Assembly (NCBI GenBank): GCA_963828165.1
Contig: CAWHDR010000001.1
Coordinates: 64,001-128,000 of the forward strand
Length of the DNA stretch: 64,000 nt
From: an uncultured Chloroflexia bacterium
Lineage (GTDB): Bacteria; Chloroflexota; Limnocylindria; Limnocylindrales; CSP1-4
Reading direction: 5' to 3'
The notes below the pieces were generated by a model. The model was given only the letters and a program-made list of their open reading frames with translations, was not told the DNA's origin and made no database searches. The position numbers were made by a program, and so were the translations under genes. Shown here in pieces: positions 18,380-28,516 of the stretch; position 1 is the first letter of the stretch, and every line of letters starts with the position of its first letter.

Positions 18380-19692
18380 TCGTGCGGGTTGATGACGAGG
18401 CCACTCAGGGCCTTCGGGTAGAAGTAGGTCGATTTCTGGGGCATGACATCGCCGGCCCGTGCGACCGCCAGGATCGACGCCACCGGGGTGCCTTCAAGCA
18501 GGAACGCCGCGTCCGCCTCGACCGAGTCGACCTCATCGATGGCTTCAGAGGCGGACTTCGTGTACCTGACCGCGCCGTTGGCGACGGCCGCCGCATCCAC
18601 GCCGAGCAGCTGTTCCAGCGCGACGCCCAGCAGCGACACGTCGAGCGAGCGGAGGGCCTCGCCACCGGGCGGCAACAGGTTCGCGAACGCCTCTCGTCGG
18701 GCCGTGAGCACGGCGCCGCCGTCCCTGGTCCACAGCCCGAACCGCCCCCGGCCTCCCGACTCCAGCCCGGCGTGCTCGAACGGCTCCACCAGCGCCGGGG
18801 CCGTATCGACCGGCTCGACGTCGAACAGCTCCCGGGCGCGATCGACCAGTAGCTCGCCGCCGTGGGTCACACCCGTCACGATCCGATGCGTCGGCAGGAC
18901 GGTCAGGGGCTCACCGGTCGCCTCGAGGAACAGCGTCAGCAGGTAGTCGAACGCCGGATCCTCTTCGCACGACCGGCTCATCCGCCGCTCGTCGCGGTAC
19001 TGGAGCGCGGTCTCATACCGATGGTGCCCGTCGGCGATGGTGACCGGGCCCCTCGCGGCTGCGGCGATGAGCGCGGCGGCGATCTCGGCCGGAGCGCCGT
19101 CGCCGTCGGCGGGCACCGCCCACAGGCGATGGTGGACGCCGTCGTCGTCGGTCGCATCGATATCGGCGGGACCAGCGGCCGCGAAGGCCAGTCGCTTGGC
19201 CGTGCCACCGAAATCGTCATCGAACAATGCGACGACCGGGCTCGTGTTGACGCCGGTCGCGCGGAGCAGCTTGTAGCGGTCCTCGCGCGGGCCCGCCAGC
19301 GTCCGCTCGTGCGGCAGGACACCAGAGTCCGGGCCGAAGGGTTCGAGCCGGAGGCGCGCAAAGAACCCGCGCTGTGTCCGCTCGACTTCGGTCCCGGGCA
19401 CCCGGTAGGTCTGCTCGTAGACGTACACCGACGGATGCGGATCCTTGCGCAGCGTCCCATCGGAGCGCCAGGCCGCGAGGGTCCGCGCCGCGCGCCGGTA
19501 GCGGTCCTCCGGTTCATCCCCCGGCTGTTCGACCGGCAGGTCGAGGCGAACCACGTTCGCCGGGTGGCGAGCCTCGAGCGTCGCCCGCAGGTCCGGCCCG
19601 ATCACGTCGTACGGCGGGGCAACCACGAGGCCCGGGTCGCCCACCACGGTTCGGTCAAAACGAAGCGCGCGGAATGGTCTGACCTCGGGCAC
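18373..19692 (-). CDS. DUF1015 domain protein
   Basis: VRPFRALRF, APPYDVI, LPHERT, IADGHHRYETA, MPQKSTYFYPK; AGGAG SD. Confidence 0.92.
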   Translation of the reverse strand: MPEVRPFRALRFDRTVVGDPGLVVAPPYDVIGPDLRATLEARHPANVVRLDLPVEQPGDEPEDRYRRAARTLAAWRSDGTLRKDPHPSVYVYEQTYRVPGTEVERTQRGFFARLRLEPFGPDSGVLPHERTLAGPREDRYKLLRATGVNTSPVVALFDDDFGGTAKRLAFAAAGPADIDATDDDGVHHRLWAVPADGDGAPAEIAAALIAAAARGPVTIADGHHRYETALQYRDERRMSRSCEEDPAFDYLLTLFLEATGEPLTVLPTHRIVTGVTHGGELLVDRARELFDVEPVDTAPALVEPFEHAGLESGGRGRFGLWTRDGGAVLTARREAFANLLPPGGEALRSLDVSLLGVALEQLLGVDAAAVANGAVRYTKSASEAIDEVDSVEADAAFLLEGTPVASILAVARAGDVMPQKSTYFYPKALSGLVINPHEW

Positions 19693-19884
19693 GGGCTCCT
19701 CGGGATGACGGCGGGCTGGCCGACGGGGCTTGGGACGCCTCCATCGTACGATAGGTCCCGCTTGGACCGCGACTGCCGAGGGCCGGGGCTCTTCGCCGTG
19801 AGCGGCCGGGCACCGAGCGCAACTTTCCGGGGGACCCGGGCGTCCTTGCTCCGATCCTCCCCGCCTTCCGTCATCGGAGTCTGC

Positions 19885-22347
19885 GTGCGTCATCCACGAT
19901 CGGCCCTGACCACCCGTCTCGTTCGCGCCGCCGTTGCGGTTGCGCTCGTGGCGGGCCTCGTCACGACCCCGGCACTGGCGGTCGAGGCTCCGGCCGGGCT
20001 GACCATCGAAGCGAACGTCCTGATGGACGGTCATGTCCGGGTCGGTTCCTGGATGGCGATCGACATCCACGTCGCCAACACCGGCCCGGCGATCAGCGGG
20101 GAGTTGCGGCTTGCAGGCGGCGCCCAGGGCCGGACCCGTTTCGGCACCCGGGTCGACCTGCCCACCCAGTCGGACAAGACCTATCGGCTGTATGCCCAGC
20201 CACCTGGCTTCGGCCGCGACCTCGAGATCAGCCTCGTCGACGGCAACCGGACCGTCGCCACGACCAAGGCGACGTTCACGGTGCACGACGCGACCCAGCT
20301 GGTCGTCGGCATCATCGCCGAGCAGCCGGGGGACATCGTCGGCGACCTCGATCTCCTGCCGAACCAGAACAGTGTGGCGCCCCTGACCGTTCCTCTGACC
20401 GTCGGGGAGCTACCCGTCCGGGTCGAGGCATGGGGCGTCCTGGACCGGCTGGTCTGGCAGGACACCGATTCCGCGGGCCTGACCACCGAACAGATCGCCG
20501 CGTTGCGGGGCTGGGTCGCGGGCGGGGGCCGGTTGGTCATCGTCGGCGGGACCGCCGGACCGGCCAGCCTTTCCGCCTTCCCGGACGTGCTACTGCCCTA
20601 CCGCCCGACGGCCACGATCGATGTAGAGCCCGAGGCGCTCGTCGCCCTGCTCGGGGAGCTGCCCGAGACCGCGACCGCCCTCCCGGCTCTGTCCGGTGAG
20701 CTCATCCAGGGCCGCGCGCTCGCCACATCCGGCGATGGAACCGTCGCGGCTGAGCGGGCCTACGGCAGCGGTTCGGTGACGATCGTCGGTTTCGACCCGA
20801 CGGCCTCGTGGATCGCCGGCACGAGCCAGGCCGAAGGCATGTGGCGCCGCCTCCTCCCGACTCGATCGAGCGGGGGCCCGATCATCGGCGACGACAGCCA
20901 GATCGTGTCGGCGGCGACGCAGATGCCGTCCCTCGCCCTCCCGCCGATCGGCGGGCTCATCGCCCTCCTGGGCGCCTACATCCTGCTGATCGGGCCGATC
21001 AACTACCTGGTGCTGCGCCGGCTGGACCGGCGCGAGTGGGCATGGATCACGATGCCGGTGCTGATCGTCGCGTTCGCAGCGGGCGCGTACGGCTTTGGCT
21101 CGCTGCTGCGTGGCAGCGATCTCATCGTCAACGAGGTCGCCATCGTGCGCGGGGCGCCGGGTACGACCGACGGAGCGGCCCAGATCTATCTCGGGGTCTT
21201 CTCGCCATCGCGCGGGACCTACCAGATGCGGGTGCCGGGCGGAGCGCTGCTCTCCTCGCCGACCGGGGGCGACTTCCTGGGCGGCGACGGCACGACCGCG
21301 ACGCTCGACGTTCTCCAGGGCGATCCCGCACAGGTCCGCGACCTCGGTGTCGGGTTCGGCTCCCTGCGAACCGTCCGTGCCGAAACCGCGGTCGCGGTTC
21401 CGCTCGTGCAGGCGGAGCTGAGGCTCGAGGACGGGCGCCTGAAGGGCACGGTCACCAACGCCTCGGACGAGGTCCTGCTCAAGCCGGTCGTCGTGCTGGG
21501 AGGCACCGTCGCCAAGCTCTCGGACCTGGCGCCGGGCGCCTCGGAGTCGATCGACGTGAAGCTCCAGGCCGTGCAGATGGGTCAACAGCTGTCGGACAGG
21601 ATCGTCGGCCCCGTGAACTACGGGGAATTCGGCCCGATCACCGAAGGGGTGTCTCGGTTGAACGCCCGCAACACCATCATCAACCAACTGACCTTCGACC
21701 CCGCGATGGGGTTCACCGGGCAGCTGCCGACGGACGGCCCGGTCGTCCTGGCCTGGGCAGATCGGGAGCTGCTCCCGGTCGAGATCGAAGGCGTGGCCCC
21801 GCGCCGGACGGGAAACGTCCTGTGGTTCCTGCCGACCGATCTCTCGGTCAGCGGCACGACGACGTTCCGCAACGACCTGATCCGCTCGACGGTGATCAAA
21901 TCGGACGCGGCGTTCTTCAGCAAGGATCCGTTCACGATCAACTTCGGGCGCGGCAGCGCCGAACTGTCGTACCGGCCCATCGCCTTCGACGGGACGCTCA
22001 CGGCCACCGAGCTGGCAATCGGAATGAACTTCGGCGACCCGGGCTTCACGCTGGACCCCAAGCTCATCGAACCGCTGCCCTCGATCCCCGCACCGTGCGA
22101 CGAGGTACAGGTCGAGAACTGCCAGGGGCCGAACTTCGACGGGCTGCCGGAGGTCGAGCTCTTCGACCTGTCCGACGCGGCCTGGAAGCGACTGCCACAC
22201 CTCGACGCCGGCACCCGGTTCGCGGTCGCCGAGCCCGCCCGCTACGTGGACCCGGCGACGGGAACCGTTCTGATCCGGCTCGTCAACGACAATAGCGATG
22301 GCGTCGGGTTCAGCCTGGACCTGTCGATCACGGGGGACGTGAAGTGA
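19885..22347 (+). CDS. Large secreted/membrane protein with class-I GATase-like domain
   Basis: Signal peptide, ALRGWVAGGGRLVIVGG, GSGSVTIVGFDP, two TM helices (YILLIGPINYLVLRRLDRREWAW). Confidence 0.75.
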   Translation: MRHPRSALTTRLVRAAVAVALVAGLVTTPALAVEAPAGLTIEANVLMDGHVRVGSWMAIDIHVANTGPAISGELRLAGGAQGRTRFGTRVDLPTQSDKTYRLYAQPPGFGRDLEISLVDGNRTVATTKATFTVHDATQLVVGIIAEQPGDIVGDLDLLPNQNSVAPLTVPLTVGELPVRVEAWGVLDRLVWQDTDSAGLTTEQIAALRGWVAGGGRLVIVGGTAGPASLSAFPDVLLPYRPTATIDVEPEALVALLGELPETATALPALSGELIQGRALATSGDGTVAAERAYGSGSVTIVGFDPTASWIAGTSQAEGMWRRLLPTRSSGGPIIGDDSQIVSAATQMPSLALPPIGGLIALLGAYILLIGPINYLVLRRLDRREWAWITMPVLIVAFAAGAYGFGSLLRGSDLIVNEVAIVRGAPGTTDGAAQIYLGVFSPSRGTYQMRVPGGALLSSPTGGDFLGGDGTTATLDVLQGDPAQVRDLGVGFGSLRTVRAETAVAVPLVQAELRLEDGRLKGTVTNASDEVLLKPVVVLGGTVAKLSDLAPGASESIDVKLQAVQMGQQLSDRIVGPVNYGEFGPITEGVSRLNARNTIINQLTFDPAMGFTGQLPTDGPVVLAWADRELLPVEIEGVAPRRTGNVLWFLPTDLSVSGTTTFRNDLIRSTVIKSDAAFFSKDPFTINFGRGSAELSYRPIAFDGTLTATELAIGMNFGDPGFTLDPKLIEPLPSIPAPCDEVQVENCQGPNFDGLPEVELFDLSDAAWKRLPHLDAGTRFAVAEPARYVDPATGTVLIRLVNDNSDGVGFSLDLSITGDVK

Positions 22348-23318
22348 CCGAGATCGTCCGGACCGAGGGTCTGGTCAAACGTTACGACGGCACGCTCGCG
22401 GTGGCGGGCATCGACCTGTCCGTGGAGCAGGGCGAGATCTTCGGCCTGGTCGGACCCAACGGCGCGGGCAAGACCACGACGCTGCGGATCCTGGCGACCC
22501 TGCTGTTGCCATCCGCGGGCACGGCCGAGATCGCCGGGATGTCGGTGACCCGGAACCCGGATCAGGTTCGCCGCGTCCTCGGGTTCATGCCCGACTCGTT
22601 CGGCGTCTACGACGACATGAAGGTATGGGAATACCTTGACTTCTTCGCGCGCTGCTACGGCATCGGTCCGGCAGACCGACGGCGCATGATCAACGATCTC
22701 CTGGAACTGGTGGACCTTGGTCGCAAGCGAGACGACTACGTCCAGACCCTCTCGCGCGGGATGCAGCAGCGCCTGTGCCTCGCGCACGCCCTGGTGCACG
22801 ACCCATTGGTCCTGCTGCTCGACGAGCCGGCCTCCGGACTCGACCCGCGCGCAAGGGTCGAGCTGCGCGAGCTGCTTCGGGAGCTGCGCAGCCTGGGCAA
22901 GACCATCCTGATCAGCAGCCACATCCTTCCCGAGCTCGAGGAACTGTGCACGAGCGTCGCGATCGTCGACCGCGGCCAGGTGCTGGCGCAGGGCCGCGTC
23001 GCCGACATCGAGCGGCGCCTTCGGTTCGGCGCCGTGCTGCGCGTCCGGCTGTTGCTCGAGGGCGAGGCCCTCGAAACCGCCCGTGACCGGTTCGCCCAGG
23101 ACGCCGACGTCGCGAGCGCCGTCCTGCTCGCGGATGGCACGATCGAGATCGGGTTCCGCGGCGACGACGCCGCCTCGGCACGACTCTTGAGCGAGTCGAT
23201 CGCAGCCGGGATGCCGATCGTGAGCTTCGCCAGAGCGGCGAGCGACCTCGAGGAGCTCTTCCTGCAGGTCACCTCGCCAGATCGCGAACCGCTGGAAGCG
23301 GTAGGAGCGAGCGCATGA
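22344..23318 (+). CDS. ABC transporter ATP-binding protein
   Basis: GPNGAGKTT, LSRGMQQR, LLLDEP, SSH. Confidence 0.95.
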   Translation: MTEIVRTEGLVKRYDGTLAVAGIDLSVEQGEIFGLVGPNGAGKTTTLRILATLLLPSAGTAEIAGMSVTRNPDQVRRVLGFMPDSFGVYDDMKVWEYLDFFARCYGIGPADRRRMINDLLELVDLGRKRDDYVQTLSRGMQQRLCLAHALVHDPLVLLLDEPASGLDPRARVELRELLRELRSLGKTILISSHILPELEELCTSVAIVDRGQVLAQGRVADIERRLRFGAVLRVRLLLEGEALETARDRFAQDADVASAVLLADGTIEIGFRGDDAASARLLSESIAAGMPIVSFARAASDLEELFLQVTSPDREPLEAVGASA

Positions 23319-24538
23319 CCGAGCTGACCGACACGGTCGACCTCACGCCCGCGACCGTCGTGCCCCGACCCAAGCGGTTCACCTCGTTCGCGCGGGCCGC
23401 CGGCGGCATCGCCGCGATCGGCGTGAAGGAGCTGCGTGGCCGGATGCGCGGCCGGCGGGCGTTCGCGATCATCACGATCTACCTGGTGCTGCTCGGTGGT
23501 TTCGCGCTCATGGCCGAGCGCCTCGTCGAGGCGAATGCGTCCAATGGCTTCGGCGGCACCTCCGCCTTCGCGAGCGCGCAGATCGGCCAGGGCATCTTCG
23601 CGGCGCTGCTCATGCTCATGACCCTCCAGGTCGTGTTCCTGGCTTCGTCTTCGACTGCTGGATCCATCAGCCTCGAGCGCGAGAAGCAGACGCTGGAGCT
23701 CCTGATCGCGACCCCGATCAGCTCCCTTGCGATCGTGGTCGGGAAGCTCCTGTCCGCGCTCGTGTACGTGTTCCTGCTGATCGCCGCATCGATCCCCCTG
23801 ATGGCCGTCGTGTTCGTCTATGGCGGCGTGGGACCGGAAGATGTCCTGCGCGGCTACATCGTCCTCGTGGCGACCTCGCTCGGACTCGGTTCGTTCGGGC
23901 TGCTGTGCTCCAGCCTCGTCAAACGGACGACGGCCGCGACCGCCATCACGATCTTCGGCGTGCTGGCCGTGACCATCGGGACGATCTTCGTGCTCGGCTT
24001 CTGGCAGGCAATCGGCCGCTCCGACGAGAACGGCAACCGCGAGGGCCTCTTCGGCATCCGCTCGCCGGTGATCCTGGCCTACCTCAACCCGTTCGTGGCC
24101 CAGGCCGATGTCATGTGCGGAACGGAGTCCACGTTCGGTGGCGGCTGGTGCAGCCTCGTCAGCGGCCTCGTACCGAGCAACGACGGCATCATCTTCACCG
24201 ACCAGCCGGTGCCCATGCCCGCGCCGGCAGTCATGCCCGACAAGGGGTTCGTCGACGGCGGTTTCGTCAACGGTGCGGGCCGCGTCATGTTCGCCGACGA
24301 GCAAATCGCCATCGAGCGCAAGTTGGTCGCAGTCCAGGATCAGCAGGCCGGCGTCGCGATCGATCCGGCCCAGGTCCAGCCGTTCGACGTCCAGCGCGAC
24401 TTCCTGTGGCCGAAGAGCGTCGTGACCTGGCTGATCCTGTCGGCCGTCTTCCTGCTGCTGTCCGTCCAGGCCGTCTCCCCGACGCGTCGCTGGCACATCC
24501 GCCGGCGCAAGCGCGTCACTCCGAGCCCCACCGAATGA
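23315..24538 (+). CDS. ABC-2 type permease
   Basis: KELRGRMR, SISLEREKQTLELL, GKL; multiple TM helices. Confidence 0.9.
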   Translation: MTELTDTVDLTPATVVPRPKRFTSFARAAGGIAAIGVKELRGRMRGRRAFAIITIYLVLLGGFALMAERLVEANASNGFGGTSAFASAQIGQGIFAALLMLMTLQVVFLASSSTAGSISLEREKQTLELLIATPISSLAIVVGKLLSALVYVFLLIAASIPLMAVVFVYGGVGPEDVLRGYIVLVATSLGLGSFGLLCSSLVKRTTAATAITIFGVLAVTIGTIFVLGFWQAIGRSDENGNREGLFGIRSPVILAYLNPFVAQADVMCGTESTFGGGWCSLVSGLVPSNDGIIFTDQPVPMPAPAVMPDKGFVDGGFVNGAGRVMFADEQIAIERKLVAVQDQQAGVAIDPAQVQPFDVQRDFLWPKSVVTWLILSAVFLLLSVQAVSPTRRWHIRRRKRVTPSPTE

Positions 24539-26472
24539 CCCGCCGGTTCGGCCTCCCGTTCCTCCGTCGAGCGTCATCGCCGGCGGGTGGTGGCGCCGTG
24601 ATCCCGCCGGATCCACGCCAACACCTTGCCGGCCAGTTGGATCCCTCGATCGATGCGCTGCGCGCGTCGCTCGCCCCGCATCGCCGGCGCCTGTGGCTGC
24701 GGCGCATGGTGCGCCGTGCCTGGATCGCCCTGGCCGGAGTCGTGGTTGCCGAGGCCGCCCTTTGGACGCTCGCCCGGTTCGTCCCGCTCGAGGCGGCACC
24801 GGTCATCGGTGCGGCGATCCCGGTCGTCGGCGTGCTCGCCTTGCTGGTCGCGGTCGTGGGGGCGCGACCGTCACTGGGCGAGACCGCACTGGCCGTCGAC
24901 GCCGAGGGCCGCCTCGGAGACCGGGTGTCCAGCGCGCTCGAGCTCGCGGTCGGGTTCCCGGCCTCCGCCACGCCACCGGCCGATGACGTTGCGCTCGACA
25001 TTCCGCACGAGGGCCCGTTCGACGAGGCCGTCGAGGCCGACCGGTTCGTCCGCCGGCAGCGCCGCGATGCATTGGTCGCCCTGAGGACCGTGCCCAGCCT
25101 GTTCAAGCCGCGCTTCTCACGGTCGCCCGCGCTCACCTCCCTGGCTTCGGCCGTGCTCCTAGGAGCGGTCCTCCTCGTGCCGAATCCGCAGGACCTGGTG
25201 ATCGCCCAGCAGCGTGATGTTCGTGAGGCTGCCGACCGACAGGCCGACCGGCTCGACGAGCTTGCCGAGGATCTGGAGTCGAAGGGCGGCGAAGCCGAGG
25301 ACCCCCGGACCGAGCTCGCCGAGGAACTGCGTGAGCTGGCTCGCCAGCTGCGCGAGCGGCCGGACGAGCTCGCGGTGAACCTGCGGCAGCTCGGCGCGGT
25401 CGAGAGCGAGGTCCGTTCCCGCATCGATCCCTCGACCGAACAGCGCGCGTCTGCGATGACCTCACTGGCGCGGTCGCTGTCGCGGGCCGCGAGCGGCAAT
25501 CCGGAGGCAAATCGCGACGGCGACCCGGAGAAGACCCGCGAGGATCTCGAGGAGCTCGGCGACAAGCTCGATGAGCTGACCCCCGAGGAACAGCGCGAAC
25601 TTGCGCGGGAGCTCGCGGAGATGGAGTCGACCGCGTCAAGCGCGGACGGCGGCGCAGCCACGGCGCTGCGGGACGCGGCGCAGAGTCTGGCCCAGGGTGA
25701 CGCGGCGGGCGCCCGCTCCGCGCTCGACCGGCTTGGCGAGGCCATGACCGGGGCCCAGGCCGGCGTCGAAACGAACCGCGACCTCGCCGAGGCGGCGTCG
25801 CGCCTGCAGGACGCTCGCCGCGACCTGGCCGATGCCGGACGTCAGGGTCAGGGCCAGCAGGGCCAGGGTCAACAGGGTCAAGGTCAGCAGGGCCAAGGGC
25901 AGGGCCAAGGGCAAGGTCAGGGCCAGGGCTCCCCTGCCCCGGGGCAGGGCCAGGGGCAAGGCCAGGGCCAGGGCCAAGGGCAAGGGCAGGGGCAGGGCCA
26001 AGGTCAGGGCCAAGGTCAGGGTCAAGGTCAAGGTCAGGGGCAGGGCCAAGGGCAGGGTCAGGGCCAAGGTCAAGGTCAAGGTCAAGGGCAGGGGCAAGGC
26101 CAGATCGGTGGTGGCGGCTCGAACGCCCGGAGCCTGGGACAGGGCACGGGGGGAAACGCCCTTCCGGGCGCCCCGACGGGTGCCAACCGCGCCGCCGAGC
26201 TCGGCGAGGACGCTTCCTCGGTGTTCGCGCCATTCGATCGCGTCGGCCGGCCCGGCGATCCGTCGTACGTGGCGGGCACCGGTGGCGACGGGCAGACCCA
26301 GCAGGGAAACCAGACCGGTTCCGGCACCGACAACGGCGTGTTGACTCCGTACCAGCAGGTCTACGCGGACTTCGAGCGCTATGCCCAGACGTCCCTCGAT
26401 CGCGGCTACGTACCGCTCTCGGTCAAGGACTACGTCCGAGACTACTTCAGCTCCCTCGATCCCTCGAACTAA
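24535..26472 (+). CDS. Membrane-anchored coiled-coil protein with long (GQ)n tract
   Basis: TM helices, RLGDRVSSALE, helical middle region, C-terminal YVPLSVKDYVRDYFSSL. Confidence 0.85.
   Translation: MTRRFGLPFLRRASSPAGGGAVIPPDPRQHLAGQLDPSIDALRASLAPHRRRLWLRRMVRRAWIALAGVVVAEAALWTLARFVPLEAAPVIGAAIPVVGVLALLVAVVGARPSLGETALAVDAEGRLGDRVSSALELAVGFPASATPPADDVALDIPHEGPFDEAVEADRFVRRQRRDALVALRTVPSLFKPRFSRSPALTSLASAVLLGAVLLVPNPQDLVIAQQRDVREAADRQADRLDELAEDLESKGGEAEDPRTELAEELRELARQLRERPDELAVNLRQLGAVESEVRSRIDPSTEQRASAMTSLARSLSRAASGNPEANRDGDPEKTREDLEELGDKLDELTPEEQRELARELAEMESTASSADGGAATALRDAAQSLAQGDAAGARSALDRLGEAMTGAQAGVETNRDLAEAASRLQDARRDLADAGRQGQGQQGQGQQGQGQQGQGQGQGQGQGQGSPAPGQGQGQGQGQGQGQGQGQGQGQGQGQGQGQGQGQGQGQGQGQGQGQGQGQGQGQIGGGGSNARSLGQGTGGNALPGAPTGANRAAELGEDASSVFAPFDRVGRPGDPSYVAGTGGDGQTQQGNQTGSGTDNGVLTPYQQVYADFERYAQTSLDRGYVPLSVKDYVRDYFSSLDPSN
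25843..26103 (+). repeat. Coding 6-bp tandem repeat (CAR GGN) encoding ~87 aa of Gly-Gln
   Basis: QGQGQQGQG...GQGQ with varied synonymous codons and one SPAP interruption. Confidence 0.95.
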
Positions 26473-26520
26473 CGGAACACCGGCCGTCACGACGGTCGCC
26501 GACACACCACCGGAGGCCTC

Positions 26521-27531
26521 ATGGAAGCGACCGCCACCAACGCCGATGCCCGCCTTGCTCCGGAGGCCTTCGCCGAGCGCGCTCAGGCCATCGAGCGCGA
26601 GGTCGGCCGCGTCATCGTCGGTCAGCGCGAGCTGGTGCGCCAGACGCTGACCGGCCTGCTCGCGAACTCGCATGTCCTGCTCGAGGGAGTCCCTGGTCTG
26701 GGCAAGACGATGCTCGTGCGAACGATCGCGGACGTCATCGACTGCACCTTCAACCGCATCCAGTTCACGCCGGATCTGATGCCGGCCGACATCACCGGCA
26801 CCAACATCCTCATCGAGGAGGATGGCCAGCGGATCTTCAAGTTCCAATCGGGTCCCATCTTTGCGAACCTGGTGCTCGCGGACGAGATCAACCGGGCGAC
26901 GCCCAAGACCCAGTCGAGCCTGCTCGAGGCGATGCAGGAGCACCAGGTCACCGTGGCCCGCCAGCGCTTCCCGCTGGACCCGCCGTTCTTCGTCCTGGCG
27001 ACCCAGAACCCGCTCGAGATGGAGGGGACCTATCCCCTGCCCGAGGCCCAGCTGGACCGTTTCATCTTCAAGGTCATGGTGCCCTTCCCGTCGGAGGAGG
27101 ACCTGATCTCGATCATGGATCGGACGACCGGCTCCGAGAGCGTGACAGCCTCCAAGGTCTGCACGGCCGCCGAGATCGTCGAGATGCAGCGACTCGCCCG
27201 GGCGGTGCCGATCGCGCCCCACGTCACGGCCTATGCGGTCAGCATCCTCGCCGCGTCCCATCCCGACCAGCCGCGCGCGCCGGGGCTCGTCCGCGACTAC
27301 GTCCGCTACGGGGGCTCGCCGCGAGGTGCCCAGGCCCTCGTGACCGCGGGCAAGATCTACGCGCTCCTCGACGGCCGGTTCAACGTCTCGACCGACGACA
27401 TCCGGGCGGTGGCGATGCCGTCGCTCCGCCACCGCATCATCCTCAACTTCGAAGGCGAGGCGGAGGGCATCACGACCGAGGCCACCGTGCGGGCCATCCT
27501 CGACGCCGTCGCCGTCCCGACCGTCGAGTAG
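26521..27531 (+). CDS. moxR: MoxR family AAA+ ATPase
   Basis: LLEGVPGLGKT, RIQFTPDLMPADITG, LADEINRATPKTQS, TQNPLEMEGTYPLPEAQLDRF. Confidence 0.95.
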   Translation: MEATATNADARLAPEAFAERAQAIEREVGRVIVGQRELVRQTLTGLLANSHVLLEGVPGLGKTMLVRTIADVIDCTFNRIQFTPDLMPADITGTNILIEEDGQRIFKFQSGPIFANLVLADEINRATPKTQSSLLEAMQEHQVTVARQRFPLDPPFFVLATQNPLEMEGTYPLPEAQLDRFIFKVMVPFPSEEDLISIMDRTTGSESVTASKVCTAAEIVEMQRLARAVPIAPHVTAYAVSILAASHPDQPRAPGLVRDYVRYGGSPRGAQALVTAGKIYALLDGRFNVSTDDIRAVAMPSLRHRIILNFEGEAEGITTEATVRAILDAVAVPTVE

Positions 27532-27541
27532 CCGCGACACC

Positions 27542-28510
27542 ATGACCGAGCGAAGCGGCCCCGAGCCGGGGGCGTCATCGCCCACGGCCGTCGCGGCGGG
27601 CACCCGCCCGGTCTTCCTGCCGTCGGAGGTCGACCCAACGGTCTTCGACGAGGCGTTCCTGCGCCAGCTCGAGCGGCTGCTCCTCCTGATGCGCTCGCCC
27701 GTTCGGGGCGGCCTGAAGGGCGGCCGGCGCAGCGTCAAGCGCGGTCAATCGGTCGAGTTCGCCGACTACCGCGACTACACGCCCGGCGACGACCTCCGCC
27801 AGCTCGACTGGAATGTCTACGCCCGGCTCGAGAAGCTGTTCGTGAAGCTGTTCGTCGAGGAGGAGGACATCACGGTCACGCTCCTCCTGGACGCCTCGGC
27901 GTCCATGGCGACCGGTCATCCGGACAAGCTCACGTTCGCCAAGCGCGCGGCGGCGGCCCTCGGGTACATCGGGCTGGCCAGCGAGGATCGTGTCGCGGTC
28001 AGCGCGCTGACGGGCAGGAGCGCCCGCCGGCGGGCGGCGCTCCGCGGCTCCGGCCGCGTCTTCCGCCTCCTGGCCGACCTGTCATCGATCCAGCCAGCCG
28101 ACGGGACGACGGACCTCGTCGCCGCGGCGCGTCACGCGGCCGCACAACTGCACGGACGCGGTGTGGTCGTCCTGCTCAGTGACTTGCTGGACCCGGGCGC
28201 AGACCGGGTGATCCGCGAGCTCGCCGCGACCGGCTCCGAGTTGATCGTCCTGCACGTCTTGTCACCCGAGGAGCTCGACCCGTCGCTCGAGGGCGATCTT
28301 CGTCTCGTCGATACGGAGACCGGCGACCGGGTCGACATCACGGCCGACCTCGCGACCATCGACGCCTACAAGGCCCGGCTCGCGGGCTGGAAGGACGGCT
28401 TCGCCGATGTCGCGGCCAAGCGCCGCGCGAGCTACGTGGACCTCGCGTCCGATGTGAACCTCGCCGAGCTGATGTTCGCCGAGCTGCGCCGGCGCCGGGT
28501 GCTGGGCTAG
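27542..28510 (+). CDS. DUF58 domain (VWA-like) protein
   Basis: EFADYRDYTPGDDLRQLDWNVYAR, DASASM, VVLLSDLL. Confidence 0.95.
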   Translation: MTERSGPEPGASSPTAVAAGTRPVFLPSEVDPTVFDEAFLRQLERLLLLMRSPVRGGLKGGRRSVKRGQSVEFADYRDYTPGDDLRQLDWNVYARLEKLFVKLFVEEEDITVTLLLDASASMATGHPDKLTFAKRAAAALGYIGLASEDRVAVSALTGRSARRRAALRGSGRVFRLLADLSSIQPADGTTDLVAAARHAAAQLHGRGVVVLLSDLLDPGADRVIRELAATGSELIVLHVLSPEELDPSLEGDLRLVDTETGDRVDITADLATIDAYKARLAGWKDGFADVAAKRRASYVDLASDVNLAELMFAELRRRRVLG

Positions 28511-28516
28511 GCGGTC

